Assembly: GCA_038154405.1 (NCBI GenBank)
Contig: JAYPXF010000001.1
Span: 167,747-214,462 of the forward strand
Length of the DNA stretch: 46,716 bases
Reading direction: 5' to 3'
DNA from: Verrucomicrobiales bacterium
GTDB taxonomy: Bacteria; Verrucomicrobiota; Verrucomicrobiia; Limisphaerales; JAYPXF01
Shown here: one piece after another, positions 7,618 to 17,272 of the stretch
How the letters are laid out: every line of letters starts with the position of its first letter
Position numbering within the stretch: the stretch's first letter is position 1
The notes under the pieces: model-generated
What the model was told of the DNA's origin: nothing
The model's database searches: none
Seen by the model: the letters and a program-made list of their open reading frames with translations, nothing else
Made by a program: the position numbers and the translations under genes

Positions 7618-10256
7618 CGCACGTGAATGAATTCGTTGGAGTTCATCAGCACCCAGCAGACCTGCTGCAGACCGTGTTCGTTGGCGTGCGCTTCGGCCCG
7701 GCGGGTTTCGGACAAGGTGGGCGAGCGACCGAAGACCAGGCGATAGGCCTGACGGATCTGGTTCCGGAGGTTTTCGCCGACATCGTCACGCAGGCGCTTG
7801 GCGAGGAACTGTGCCTGTCGTTGGACGAAGGAATCGTTCATCAACGCCAGCGCCTGGATGGGTGTGGTGGTCACGCCGCGCACGGGAGTCTTGGTGGAGA
7901 GATCCGGACAATCGAGCGAATCCAGCAATGATTCACGCAATGATTGCACGCCGATGCGGTAGATGGTGCGACGATTGAACTCCGGTCCGATCTTGTCCTT
8001 GGTGTGGTAGAAGTGCGTGTTGTTGATCTCCAGGTCGAACGGACGATAACCGGGCCCACCCATCTCCCAGTTGATCTGGCCGCTCAAGGCGAGCAATGAA
8101 TCCCGCACCGCTTCAGCTTCCAGTCGTTTCGGAGGGAAGCGCCACAGCAGGCGGTTGTCGGCATCCTTGTGCGCCGCGGTCTCGTTGAACGTGGATGACT
8201 GCAGGTAGACGGCGGAGTTCAAGATTCGCCGGTGCAGTTGCTTGATGCTCCAACTGTCCTCCCTGAACCGGCGCGCCAGCCAGTCCAGCAGCTGCGGATG
8301 ACTGGGTCGACCGCCACTGACGCCGAAGTCACTTGGCGTATCCACCAGGCCCGTTCCGAAATGATAATGCCAAACCCGATTCACGAGGACGCGGGCGAGC
8401 AGCGGATTGTCCGGATGCGTCAGCCATTCGGCGAAGCGACGGCGGCGATCTGCGTCCGACGACTCCTTGTTCAATCCAAGATGCGGATTCAAGGAAGCCA
8501 CTCCCGCCAAGGCGCGCGGGGTCATGATCTCACCGGGAGCCTTGATGTCACCACGGGCAAGCAACGGCGTCGGCTTGGGTTTCGCTGTGCGTGCTGCATA
8601 GACCAGCGGACGCGCCCGAGCCTCCGCCAATTGGCGTCGCAAGCCGGCGGTTTGCTCGATGAGTGACCGGTATTCTTTGCCTTCCGTGCGGGACAAGGCA
8701 GCCACCAGCTGATCGCGAGAAAACAACACCGGGCCGTTCTCAAATGATCCCCGGACTTCCTCGGCAGTCAGAGCCCGGTTGTAAACGCGGATTTCTTCGA
8801 TTTCACCTTTGAGGTATCCGCTGCCGGTTCGGCGGCCGAGGTAGACGAGCGCCTTTTCCTGCTCGAATTCGATGAGCGGATTCCGCGGCTTGTAGGAGCC
8901 AATGGCGCGACCATTGCGATACAGGGTGATGGTGTCTCCATCGCCGTAGGTGATGGCCACATGCACGAGTTGATCCGCTTCGGATTCCTTGTTCGCCAGA
9001 TCGAGGGTCCGTTTGAAGAAGTCGCTGCCGACCATCCAGGCGCGGGGCCGGCGCTCCCCGTAGACAAGCGCGTCGAATACGTTGCCGGGGCTGTGATGAA
9101 TCGAGATGACCGCACCGGCACGTTGTTCGAGGTCGTTCAACTGCACCCAGCCTTCCAAGGTCTTGGTCTTTGGCAACCGGGGCAGTTTCGCGCTGACGAG
9201 ATGGGCTTTCTTCCCGTCAAGTATGAGACGGCCGTCCTCGATCTTGGCGCCGTCACGCAATTGCCCGGACAGGCCGCGCACCAGATCGTCCGGGCCCTCA
9301 TCAAAAGTCCAGCGTAGCATTGGTCGCAGCGGTGATTGCCCAGGTGTCTTCCGTCGACTGAGAATTTCAATCGCCTGACGCTTCAGCTGACGCCGTCTCT
9401 GTTCAGCTTTGTTGAAGGCATTCTGCAGGCGAACGGCGTCCGCTTCCCTTTGTTTCACTTCACCGGGTGTGAGATAGGTTCGCGTCCCGTGAAACACACC
9501 CTCGAACACGGCTTTCACGGAATAGTAGTCCGCCTGGGGAATGGGATCGGTCTTGTGGTCGTGACAACGCGCGCAATTGATCGTGACGCCGAGAAAGGTC
9601 TGGCCAACCGCGCTGATGATGTCTTCCAGTTCCTCCTCGCGAACGTGCATTCGCATGATCCGGCTCCTCTGACCATTGCACACATCATCCCAGGTGCCGG
9701 CCACCAGAAAGCCCGTGGCCTTGATCGAGTCTTGCGTGACCGGTTGAATGACATCTCCGGCAATCTGTTCGCGGGCAAACTGATCGTAGGGTTTGTCCGC
9801 ATTGAGACTGCGGATCACGTAGTCGCGATAGTGCCACGAGTCGGGTCGAATCTTGTCGCGTTCGTAACCCTGGCTTTCGCTGAAACGCACCACGTCCAGC
9901 CAATGCCGCGCCCAGCGCTCACCGTAGCGGGGTGACTTCAGCAAACGATCGATCAATCGCGAAACCGCGTTCGAAGATTTGTCCGCCAAGAACTCCACGA
10001 CTTCCGATGGAGTTGGCGGCACGCCGTGCAGATCAAACGTCAGGCGGCGGATGAGCGTCCGGCGATTCGCCTGCTCGTTCAGAGTGAGTCCGGACGCCTT
10101 CAGTCGCTGCTGAACGAATTCATCAATGCCGTCGCCGGCGATTTCCATTGGCGGATGATAGGCCCAGTGATCGGCGTTCAAGAGCTCGGCTGCCGTGGTC
10201 ATCCACGTATAACCGAAACAGAGAAGAACAGCACAGATGGTTCGCAGCAGGTTCAT
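7614..10256 (-). CDS. DUF1549/DUF1553 (PSCyt2 + PSD1) protein with an inserted LamG/concanavalin-like domain
   Basis: 880 aa with a signal peptide. DUF1549 motifs are RRLTFDLHGVPPT, YGERWARHWLDVVRFSES and INCARCHDHKTDP. DUF1553 motifs are VNRVWHYHFGTGLV, GGRPSHPQLLDWLA and ALMNSNEFIHVR. Residues ~315-505 (nt ~8742-9314) read as a Laminin_G_3-type domain (..LVHVAITYGDGDTITLYRNG..YLKGEIEEIRVYNRALTAEEV). Confidence 0.9.
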   Translation of the reverse strand: MNLLRTICAVLLCFGYTWMTTAAELLNADHWAYHPPMEIAGDGIDEFVQQRLKASGLTLNEQANRRTLIRRLTFDLHGVPPTPSEVVEFLADKSSNAVSRLIDRLLKSPRYGERWARHWLDVVRFSESQGYERDKIRPDSWHYRDYVIRSLNADKPYDQFAREQIAGDVIQPVTQDSIKATGFLVAGTWDDVCNGQRSRIMRMHVREEELEDIISAVGQTFLGVTINCARCHDHKTDPIPQADYYSVKAVFEGVFHGTRTYLTPGEVKQREADAVRLQNAFNKAEQRRRQLKRQAIEILSRRKTPGQSPLRPMLRWTFDEGPDDLVRGLSGQLRDGAKIEDGRLILDGKKAHLVSAKLPRLPKTKTLEGWVQLNDLEQRAGAVISIHHSPGNVFDALVYGERRPRAWMVGSDFFKRTLDLANKESEADQLVHVAITYGDGDTITLYRNGRAIGSYKPRNPLIEFEQEKALVYLGRRTGSGYLKGEIEEIRVYNRALTAEEVRGSFENGPVLFSRDQLVAALSRTEGKEYRSLIEQTAGLRRQLAEARARPLVYAARTAKPKPTPLLARGDIKAPGEIMTPRALAGVASLNPHLGLNKESSDADRRRRFAEWLTHPDNPLLARVLVNRVWHYHFGTGLVDTPSDFGVSGGRPSHPQLLDWLARRFREDSWSIKQLHRRILNSAVYLQSSTFNETAAHKDADNRLLWRFPPKRLEAEAVRDSLLALSGQINWEMGGPGYRPFDLEINNTHFYHTKDKIGPEFNRRTIYRIGVQSLRESLLDSLDCPDLSTKTPVRGVTTTPIQALALMNDSFVQRQAQFLAKRLRDDVGENLRNQIRQAYRLVFGRSPTLSETRRAEAHANEHGLQQVCWVLMNSNEFIHVR

Positions 10257-10327
10257 GGGCTGGACCGAATCCTACTGCGGACCCAAGGGGCGTAAATCAT
10301 TTAGTTGAGTCGCTCCTGCGGAGCACT

Positions 10328-10349
10328 GGAGAGTCCTCGCTAGCCCACT
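10328..10349 (-). repeat. Partial family-1 repeat copy
   Basis: The reverse complement agtgggctagcgaggactctcc matches 3012-3033 agtgggctcgcgaggactctcg at 20/22 positions. It lies in the 118-nt gap between the sulfatase and the PSCyt gene. Confidence 0.5.
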
Positions 10350-10374
10350 CTGGCGCCCGGCGAGGGCGCCTCTG

Positions 10375-11784
10375 TCAGTTCGTCGCCTTCTGCCAGATCG
10401 GGCGGGCGTTCTTCTCAATCTCCGCATGGAGCTTGGTCATCCGCTTGGTGAGTTTCTCCACGAGTGACGGATTCGCCGACGCCTGGTTGTTCTGCTCGCC
10501 GATGTCACCGCTGATATCGAACAACATCACCTGCGGCGAAACCGGCTTCCAGTTCTTGGCCCGCTTGCCACGTGGTCTGCGGGGCTTCTTGACCAGCAGT
10601 TTCCATTTGCCCTGCCGGATGCCCTCGATCTCGCCCCGCGAAGTGTAATAGAGGAACTCGTTGCGCGGTGATTTCGCCTGAGGATTCTGCAACAAGGCCG
10701 CGGCATTCAGTCCATCAATCTTGCGATCCTTCGGCAGCTTGGTCTTTGTGATCGCCGCAATGGTCGGCAGCAGATCGATCGTTCCCATTAGGGACTTGTT
10801 TTCTGTGCCGGCGGGAATGCGCCCCGGTCCCCACATCACGCAGGGAACGCGTTGACCACCCTCGAACGTCGTGCCCTTGCCTTCACGCAACGGGCCGGCC
10901 GATCCGCCGTGATGTTTGAAGCTCAGCCACGGTCCATTGTCCGAGGTGTAGATCACGTAGGTGTTCTTGGCCAATCCCAGTTCGCGGATGGTGTTCATGA
11001 TGCGGCCCACCTCCGCGTCGATGTGTTCGATCACGCAGGTGTAGGCGTTCAGCGGATTTGGATCATAGACGTCATCCGGCACGTAAAGCGGGATGTGCGG
11101 CATGGAATGCGGCACGTAGAGGAAGAACGGGTTGTCCTTGTTCTTCGTGATGAACTCGACGGCCTTGTCCGTGTAACGCCGTGTGACCGTGCGTTGATCC
11201 ACCGGCAGTTCGACAATCTCTTCGTTCTCGAACAACGGCGTCTTCCACATCGTGATCGCGCTTTCCTGGTCCTTCCACAAGGCGTCCGAACCCACCTTGG
11301 GTTTGCCCTTGTTATCCGGGTGATTCATGTCGTTCGAGTAGGGAATGCCGTAGTAGTGATCGAAGCCGTTCGCGCGTGGCAGCACCTCCGGTTCATGTCC
11401 CAGGTGCCACTTGCCGTAGCAGGCTGTGGCATAGCCCTGCGCCTTCAGATGATCGGCGATCGTGTATTCGTCCGGATGCAAGCCCTTGGTATGCGCTGGA
11501 AAGATGACGTGCTGGTGCATGCCCACCCGCCGTGGATAACAACCGGTCAACAAGGCCGCCCGGGATGGCGAACACACGGGCGAGGCCACCATGAAATTGG
11601 TGAACTTCATTCCCTCCTTCGCCATCCGGTCGATGTTGGGTGTCTTGATCTTCGTCGAGCCGAAACACCCCAGGTCGCCATATCCCTGGTCGTCCGCAAA
11701 GATGATCACGAAGTTCGGTTTCGCATCCGCCATCGCGTTTGCAGTCAGGAACACACTCAGAAAAAATGCGCCAATCGATTTCAT
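10375..11784 (-). CDS. Arylsulfatase (S1 family, canonical Cys-type, exported)
   Basis: The track ORF is trimmed to ATG 11784: MKSIGAFFLSVFLTANAMADAKPNFVIIFADDQGYGDLG. Canonical CSPSRAALLTGCYP is present, together with YGKWHLG, PHSMPHIP, YTSDNGPW and RQGKWKLL. Confidence 0.9.
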   Translation of the reverse strand: MKSIGAFFLSVFLTANAMADAKPNFVIIFADDQGYGDLGCFGSTKIKTPNIDRMAKEGMKFTNFMVASPVCSPSRAALLTGCYPRRVGMHQHVIFPAHTKGLHPDEYTIADHLKAQGYATACYGKWHLGHEPEVLPRANGFDHYYGIPYSNDMNHPDNKGKPKVGSDALWKDQESAITMWKTPLFENEEIVELPVDQRTVTRRYTDKAVEFITKNKDNPFFLYVPHSMPHIPLYVPDDVYDPNPLNAYTCVIEHIDAEVGRIMNTIRELGLAKNTYVIYTSDNGPWLSFKHHGGSAGPLREGKGTTFEGGQRVPCVMWGPGRIPAGTENKSLMGTIDLLPTIAAITKTKLPKDRKIDGLNAAALLQNPQAKSPRNEFLYYTSRGEIEGIRQGKWKLLVKKPRRPRGKRAKNWKPVSPQVMLFDISGDIGEQNNQASANPSLVEKLTKRMTKLHAEIEKNARPIWQKATN

Positions 11785-12028
11785 GCGCGGGATCAAATCA
11801 TAATCACATTCCCGCTCCCACTCCGAATTGACTGTGCTCGTCTTCCCGGATCCGTTCGTTTCTGAGGGTAGCGAGTGCAATTGCGCCAACGTAGCATAGG
11901 CGGCCCGCCTGTGGCCTCACGCGAGCCGCCTGAGCTACGAGAGGGAGGTCACGCTCACTTGCGAACGCACCCGTCTTTCCCCTTTTCGAGCGTGAATGCG
12001 GGCGGCAATATATCGTCACATTTAACCG

Positions 12029-14452
12029 ATGAACCACTCCGGCCACAACTTCATTCGCCTGCTGTTCGCCTTGGCGGCCACGTGTCTGAGTGAAGTCGCA
12101 GCATCCGCTCAGACGAAAGCCATGACAGTGGCGGAGGGGCGAAACTTCTGGGCTTTCAAACCGGTATCCGATCCCGCTGTTCCCGAGGTGAAGGGCGCGA
12201 CCGCAATCACCCCGATCGATGCGTTCATCACGAAAGCAATGCTTGATTGCGGCGTTCAAGCCGCACCGCCAACCGACCGCCGCACGCTGATCCGGCGCGC
12301 GACCTATGACCTGACCGGGCTGCCGCCGACGATGGCGGAGGTGGATGCCTTCGTTGCCGACACGTCGACCAATGCCTTCGACAAGGTGATCGAGCGCCTG
12401 CTCGCTTCGAAACACTACGGCGTTCGCTGGGGTCGGCATTGGCTGGACGTTGCCCGCTACGCGGATTCGAACGGCCTGGATGAGAATCTCGCATATGGGC
12501 ACGCGTGGCGTTACCGCGATTACGTCATCGACAGTTTCAACGCGGACAAACCCTTCGACCGCTTTGTCATCGAACAGATCGCCGGCGACCTCTTGCCCGA
12601 TGCGGATCAGGAAACGAAAACCGCCACCGGATTTCTCGCGCTCGGCGCCAAGGTCCTGGCCGAGAAGGACCTCGACAAGCTGTTCATGGATGTGATCGAC
12701 GAGCAGATCGACACCGTCGGCAAGGCGTTTCTCGGGGTCACCATCTCTTGCGCCCGCTGCCATGATCACAAGACCGATCCATTTTCACAGAAGGACTACT
12801 TCGGACTCGCTGCCATCTTCAAGAGCACGCAGACGCTCTATGCAAAGACCGGGACGATCAAGTATTGGACCGAGCACTCGTTCAGTTCTGAAGAAGAAAC
12901 GGAACGGCTCAAGAAGGTGAACGCCGAATTGAGCAAATTGAAGAGCGCGGCTTCCTCGTTTCAATCCAAGGAGACCGTGCGTCTGCGCGGCGAAGCACGT
13001 TCGAAGGCGACGGAATACCTGATCGCGTCCACCTTGTTCGCGCCGAATGCGTCATTGGAAATCGTATCTCCCATTGCGAAGCGCTTTGGTCTGCACCCCC
13101 GCATTCTGCACCATTGCCGGTTGCATCTGGAGTATCACCAGGCTGATTCATTCTTTGGAAGGTGGCACCAGTTGAGCGGAGACACGAACGCGATCGCCCG
13201 GCACTACCGCCCGCTGTTCGTCGAATCACAGAAGGTCTTTCAGAAGCAGTACAAGAAGGATCCCAAGAAGAAGACCCTCGATGATCCGCGCCTTGGTCCC
13301 GCACACGATGCTTTGCACAACAAATCCGGTTTCCTTGCCGTGCCCCCGATTCCGGCCTTGGCCTTCGACGCGGACAAGCTGTCCGAGTTGGAACGGCTGG
13401 AGGAAGCAGCCCGGGTCTTTGAAAGCGCCGCGCCGGATCAATCCGCGGCCATGGGTGTGACCGACGGCAAGGTGATGGCCGCCATGGCGTTGCACATTCG
13501 TGGTGACTACAACAGCCCCGGTGAATCCGTTCAGCGTGAGTTTCCCCAAGTCCTGCGAGTGTCGAACACACGGCCGATCCTGCCGGACAAGCAGAGCGGC
13601 CGACTGGAGCTCGCCCGTTGGATCGCTGATTCGCGCAATCCGCTCACCGCCCGCGTACAGGTCAATCGCATCTGGCGTTGGCACTTCGGCCGCGGACTGG
13701 TGCAGACCACGGACAACTTCGGCGTGTTGGGCGATCGTCCCAGTCATCCGGAACTGCTCGACTGGCTGGCACGCGAATTCATGAAGTCCGGCTGGAGCGT
13801 GAAACATCTGCATCGGCTGATCATGAAGTCATCCCTGTATCGCATGGGATCACGTCATCCCGACGCGGCGAAGGCGAAGGCGGCCGATCCTGAGAACCGT
13901 CTGTGGTGGCGGCACGACATTCGCCGGCTCGAGGCCGAACAGATTCGTGATGGAATCCTTGCAGTGACCGGACTGTTGGACGACACGATGGGCGGCAAGA
14001 CGATTCCCCTGCGCAACCGCCAATTCGTCTTCAACCACACCTCGCGCGATCACACCGCCTATGCCAAACGCCGCCGACGTTCCGTCTATCTTCCAGTCGT
14101 GCGCAACCACCTCTGCGACATCTTTCAACAGTTTGATTATCCGGATCCGGCCACCCCGACCGGCAACCGCCACACCACCGTGGTGGCGCCGCAGGCGCTC
14201 CTGATGATGAACTCTCCGCTGGTCATGGATGCGGCTGATGCGCTGGCCGGCGAGTTGTTGAAAGCGAAGGAACTGAAAACAGGTCAGCGCGTGTCAATGG
14301 CCTACGAACAGGTTCTCGCCCGCCAACCCACCGCCAAGGAACGAGCGCGCGCCGTGCGCTTCATTGAGGCTGCTCCGGAGTCTCCGCAACAGATCTGGTC
14401 GTTGCTCTGCCAAAGCCTGTTGGCGGCGAATGAATTCATCTATCTGAACTGA
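12029..14452 (+). CDS. DUF1549/DUF1553 (PSCyt2 + PSD1) protein, no LamG insertion
   Basis: 807 aa with a signal peptide. Motifs: RRATYDLTGLPPT, YGVRWGRHWLDVARYADS, ISCARCHDHKTDP, VNRIWRWHFGRGLV, GDRPSHPELLDWLA and LLAANEFIYLN. It is a paralogue of 7614..10256. Confidence 0.9.
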   Translation: MNHSGHNFIRLLFALAATCLSEVAASAQTKAMTVAEGRNFWAFKPVSDPAVPEVKGATAITPIDAFITKAMLDCGVQAAPPTDRRTLIRRATYDLTGLPPTMAEVDAFVADTSTNAFDKVIERLLASKHYGVRWGRHWLDVARYADSNGLDENLAYGHAWRYRDYVIDSFNADKPFDRFVIEQIAGDLLPDADQETKTATGFLALGAKVLAEKDLDKLFMDVIDEQIDTVGKAFLGVTISCARCHDHKTDPFSQKDYFGLAAIFKSTQTLYAKTGTIKYWTEHSFSSEEETERLKKVNAELSKLKSAASSFQSKETVRLRGEARSKATEYLIASTLFAPNASLEIVSPIAKRFGLHPRILHHCRLHLEYHQADSFFGRWHQLSGDTNAIARHYRPLFVESQKVFQKQYKKDPKKKTLDDPRLGPAHDALHNKSGFLAVPPIPALAFDADKLSELERLEEAARVFESAAPDQSAAMGVTDGKVMAAMALHIRGDYNSPGESVQREFPQVLRVSNTRPILPDKQSGRLELARWIADSRNPLTARVQVNRIWRWHFGRGLVQTTDNFGVLGDRPSHPELLDWLAREFMKSGWSVKHLHRLIMKSSLYRMGSRHPDAAKAKAADPENRLWWRHDIRRLEAEQIRDGILAVTGLLDDTMGGKTIPLRNRQFVFNHTSRDHTAYAKRRRRSVYLPVVRNHLCDIFQQFDYPDPATPTGNRHTTVVAPQALLMMNSPLVMDAADALAGELLKAKELKTGQRVSMAYEQVLARQPTAKERARAVRFIEAAPESPQQIWSLLCQSLLAANEFIYLN

Positions 14453-14455
14453 GCC

Positions 14456-15859
14456 ATGCACGAACACCTTGATCTGCTGGATCGCCGACAGATGCTGCAA
14501 CACAGCGCGGTGGGTTTTGGCAGCGTGGCGTTCTCGGCAATGTTGGGCGCGGCGACCGGCGACAATCCGTTGGCCCCCAAGCAACCGCCCCTGCTCGCGC
14601 GTGCCAAACGCGTTGTGTTCCTCTTCATGAAGGGCGGCCCGTCGCATGTCGACACCTTCGATCCCAAGCCGTTGCTGGATCGCGATCACGGCAAGAATCC
14701 GCCCTTCGATCTTCCGAAGGTGACCTTTGCCCCGCAGGGCAACCTGTTGAAATCACCATGGACTTTCCGCCAGTACGGACAAGGCGGATTGCCGGTCAGC
14801 AGCCTGTTCCCGAACGTAGCCCAGTGTGCGGACGAACTGTGCGTGTTGCGTTCCGTGCACGGAACCAATCCTTCCCACGGCGGCGCACTGCTCAAGCTGC
14901 ACACCGGCAGTGACAACTTCATCCGCCCGAGCATGGGTTCCTGGGTGGTCTATGGACTCGGCACGGAAAACGAAAACCTCCCAGCCTTCATCACCATCTG
15001 TCCGACGCTGGCGCACGGCGGTGTGCAGAACTGGGGTGCACAGTTTCTTCCCGCGCACTGCCAGGGCACGCCCTTGGGCAATGCCAGCCTGCCTGCCACG
15101 CAGGCAACGGTGAATAATATCCACAATGACCGGATTAAAGCGGCTTCGCAGCGCCGTCAGCTGGATTTGATCGCCGCCATGAACCGCGATCATCTGACCG
15201 CCAACAGCGCGGATCAGGCACTGCTTGGCCGCTTGAATTCCTTTGAACTCGCCTATCGCATGCAGACCGCGATGCCGGATGCCCAGGACATCGCGGGTGA
15301 ATCGGACACGACGAAAAAGCTCTACGGCATCGACGATCCCGTGACCGAGGACTTCGGCCGCCAATGCCTGATGGCCCGACGCTTTCTGGAACGCGGAGTC
15401 CGGTTCGTGCAGGTCACCCACAGCGACAGCTACGTGCAGTGGGATCAACACAGCGATCTCTATCATGGTCACACCAAGAACGCCGCCGAGGTCGACAAAC
15501 CCATTGCCGGTTTCCTGCGCGACCTGCGCGGCCGCGGCCTTCTGGACGACACCCTCGTTATGTGGGGCGGAGAATTCGGACGGACGCCAACTGCGCAAGG
15601 CACAAACGGCCGCGATCACAATCCGCACGGATTCACCATGTGGTTCGCCGGCGCCGGGGTAAAGGGCGGCACTGCCTACGGTTCAACCGATGACTACGGC
15701 TACTACGCGCAGGGCGACAAGATGCATGTCCACGACCTGCATGCGACCCTGCTCTACGCGCTGGGACTGGAGCACACCCAGCTTACCTTCCGCCACGGCG
15801 GCCGCGATCATCGCCTCACCGACGTCCACGGCCACGCCGCCAAGTCCATCTTCAGCTGA
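14456..15859 (+). CDS. DUF1501 domain protein (Tat-exported)
   Basis: 467 aa. Motifs: LLDRRQMLQHSAVGFGSVAF, RVVFLFMKGGPSHVDTFDPKP, WGGEFGRTP, GRDHNPHGF and RHGGRDHRLTDVHG. It starts 3 nt after the partner gene. Confidence 0.9.
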   Translation: MHEHLDLLDRRQMLQHSAVGFGSVAFSAMLGAATGDNPLAPKQPPLLARAKRVVFLFMKGGPSHVDTFDPKPLLDRDHGKNPPFDLPKVTFAPQGNLLKSPWTFRQYGQGGLPVSSLFPNVAQCADELCVLRSVHGTNPSHGGALLKLHTGSDNFIRPSMGSWVVYGLGTENENLPAFITICPTLAHGGVQNWGAQFLPAHCQGTPLGNASLPATQATVNNIHNDRIKAASQRRQLDLIAAMNRDHLTANSADQALLGRLNSFELAYRMQTAMPDAQDIAGESDTTKKLYGIDDPVTEDFGRQCLMARRFLERGVRFVQVTHSDSYVQWDQHSDLYHGHTKNAAEVDKPIAGFLRDLRGRGLLDDTLVMWGGEFGRTPTAQGTNGRDHNPHGFTMWFAGAGVKGGTAYGSTDDYGYYAQGDKMHVHDLHATLLYALGLEHTQLTFRHGGRDHRLTDVHGHAAKSIFS

Positions 15860-15936
15860 CGTCGCCGTCGTCGGAGGCCATTGCTCTGTTCTGATTCCTA
15901 CCCAATAATTTTAGCGATCCATTGGGAGGTCCATCG

Positions 15937-16076
15937 ACGCGCCAGCGTCTTGGAGTGCGGTCTTGCAGACCGCTTTGTTGCGCGATCATGGGCGCTCGAA
16001 TGACCCAATCTGCTGGATTTGCGATCAACTTCTCTCAAAGCTGCCTGCGAGGCAGCACTCCAGGACGCTGGCGCGT
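15937..16076. repeat. 140-nt structured palindromic element (long closing stem plus internal hairpins)
   Basis: 15937-15958 acgcgccagcgtcttggagtgc pairs with 16055-16076 gcactccaggacgctggcgcgt (22 bp, one position being T:G). Internal hairpins are gcggtct-tgc-agaccgc (15958-15974) and ctgcc-tgcga-ggcag (16041-16055). It is non-coding, downstream of DUF1501. Confidence 0.6.
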
Positions 16077-16184
16077 TCACGATGGGGTCGTGAGAAAGCT
16101 GTGCGTAACAGCTGGCCGGCAATCGATTTGAATCTGCGAACCCTGGTTCGTTGGGGGTTCCCTTCCCCCTCACTTCGATCCCCT

Positions 16185-16242
16185 CCCTTGGGGAGAGGCC
16201 AGCGACGAGCTCAGTCGTGTCGGTCAGGGTGAGGGGGATGGA
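16185..16242. repeat. Family-2 intergenic repeat (copy 1)
   Basis: cccttggggagaggccagcgacgagctcagtcgtgtcggtcagggtgagggggatgga. The core gagaggcc-N-gcgacgagctcagtcgtgtcg...gtgaggggga recurs at 31245-31295, and the cccttggggagagg block recurs at 31150-31163. It is flanked by ccccctcac / gtgaggggg inverted 9-mers. Confidence 0.65.
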
Positions 16243-16402
16243 GGCGAGATGAAACCTCGAATTGTCCGCTGGCAACCAATGATTCCAATTCTGGCGATGA
16301 TACTTTTGATTGTCGGTTTGGCTGTGACACGAATCAAGCAGACCGGTTCCGCTTTTCCGTTTCCTCTCTCCGTCAATCCAGCTACCGTCCGCGCCCTCGC
16401 AG

Positions 16403-17272
16403 ATGGGACTGAAATACATACTCACTCACCCCGGCGGCGCGCATAAGGATGACTTCCTCGCCTGCGCGCTGTTGGTCGCAAAACACGGCGCTCCGATCTT
16501 TCGCCGCGATCCGGTCGACGATGAACTCAACGATTCAGACATCGCGGTCATCGACATTGGCGGAAGGCACGAGCCCGAGAATCTGAACTTTGATCATCAC
16601 CAATTCCCCCGTGATCACGAACCCACCTGTTCGCTCAGCCTCGTGCTGCAAGACCTCGGCATCTACGAGGATGCCAAGGCCTTCTGCGACTGGTTGGAAC
16701 CGGCGGAGTGGTTTGACGCCCGTGGCGCAGGTGAAACCGCCAAGTGGCTTGGGATCGAGCGGCGGGTGATCACGCAGATGGTTTCCCCTGTGGATGTCAC
16801 CCTGCTGCGGCGCTTCGCCCAGCAGAACGAACTCCAATCCGGCGACCTGATCTGGGAGATGATGCGGATGATCGGTGAGGATCTGCTGGATTTCATCCAG
16901 ACCCTGCACGATCGCCTCGAGTTCATCGCCGAACATTCCGAGCGATGGACCATTGACGGTCCGCATGGCGAATTCGAGGCTCTGTTCCTGAAACGCACCG
17001 ATCCGTTGCCGCAGGAACCGTCCATGGGTATCGAGCGGTACGTGGAACGCATCGGCATGGACTCGCACATGGTCGCCCTCGTGTATCCCGATCGACGAGG
17101 CGAAGGCTACGGCCTGTCACGCTATCGCGATCATCAGGGTGTGAACATGTCGCGGATCGAAGCGGAGGAAGATGTGCACTTCGCCCATGCCCGTGGCTTT
17201 GTCGCCAAGTCATCAGCGACCGAGATTGGACGCCTGAAAGAACTCCTGCGGCATGCCCAGGTCACCGCTTAG
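16403..17272 (+). CDS. MYG1/UPF0160-family metal-dependent hydrolase (DHH-superfamily-like)
   Basis: 289 aa. Three blocks match the MYG1 pattern as I recall it: ILTHPGGAHKDDFLACALL (cf. THxGxFHxDExLACALL), VIDIGGRHEPENLNFDHHQ (cf. DVGGxYDPxxxxYDHHQ) and the C-terminal VHFAHARGFVA (cf. FVHASGFIG). Confidence 0.7.
   Translation: MGLKYILTHPGGAHKDDFLACALLVAKHGAPIFRRDPVDDELNDSDIAVIDIGGRHEPENLNFDHHQFPRDHEPTCSLSLVLQDLGIYEDAKAFCDWLEPAEWFDARGAGETAKWLGIERRVITQMVSPVDVTLLRRFAQQNELQSGDLIWEMMRMIGEDLLDFIQTLHDRLEFIAEHSERWTIDGPHGEFEALFLKRTDPLPQEPSMGIERYVERIGMDSHMVALVYPDRRGEGYGLSRYRDHQGVNMSRIEAEEDVHFAHARGFVAKSSATEIGRLKELLRHAQVTA

Noticed and set aside
15898-16425. Minus-strand ORFs 15898..16425 and 30925..31305, which share the peptide DTTELVAGLS, as a small protein family
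   Set aside because: The shared peptide is the translation of the family-2 DNA repeat. Outside the repeat the two ORFs are unrelated and low-complexity.
16249-16446. 65-aa + strand ORF with one hydrophobic segment (MIPILAMILLIVGLAV) overlapping the MYG1-like start
   Set aside because: It starts inside a repeat element, overlaps the next gene by 44 nt in another frame, has no visible RBS and has an Arg-rich tail. It cannot be excluded as a small membrane protein, but the support is insufficient.
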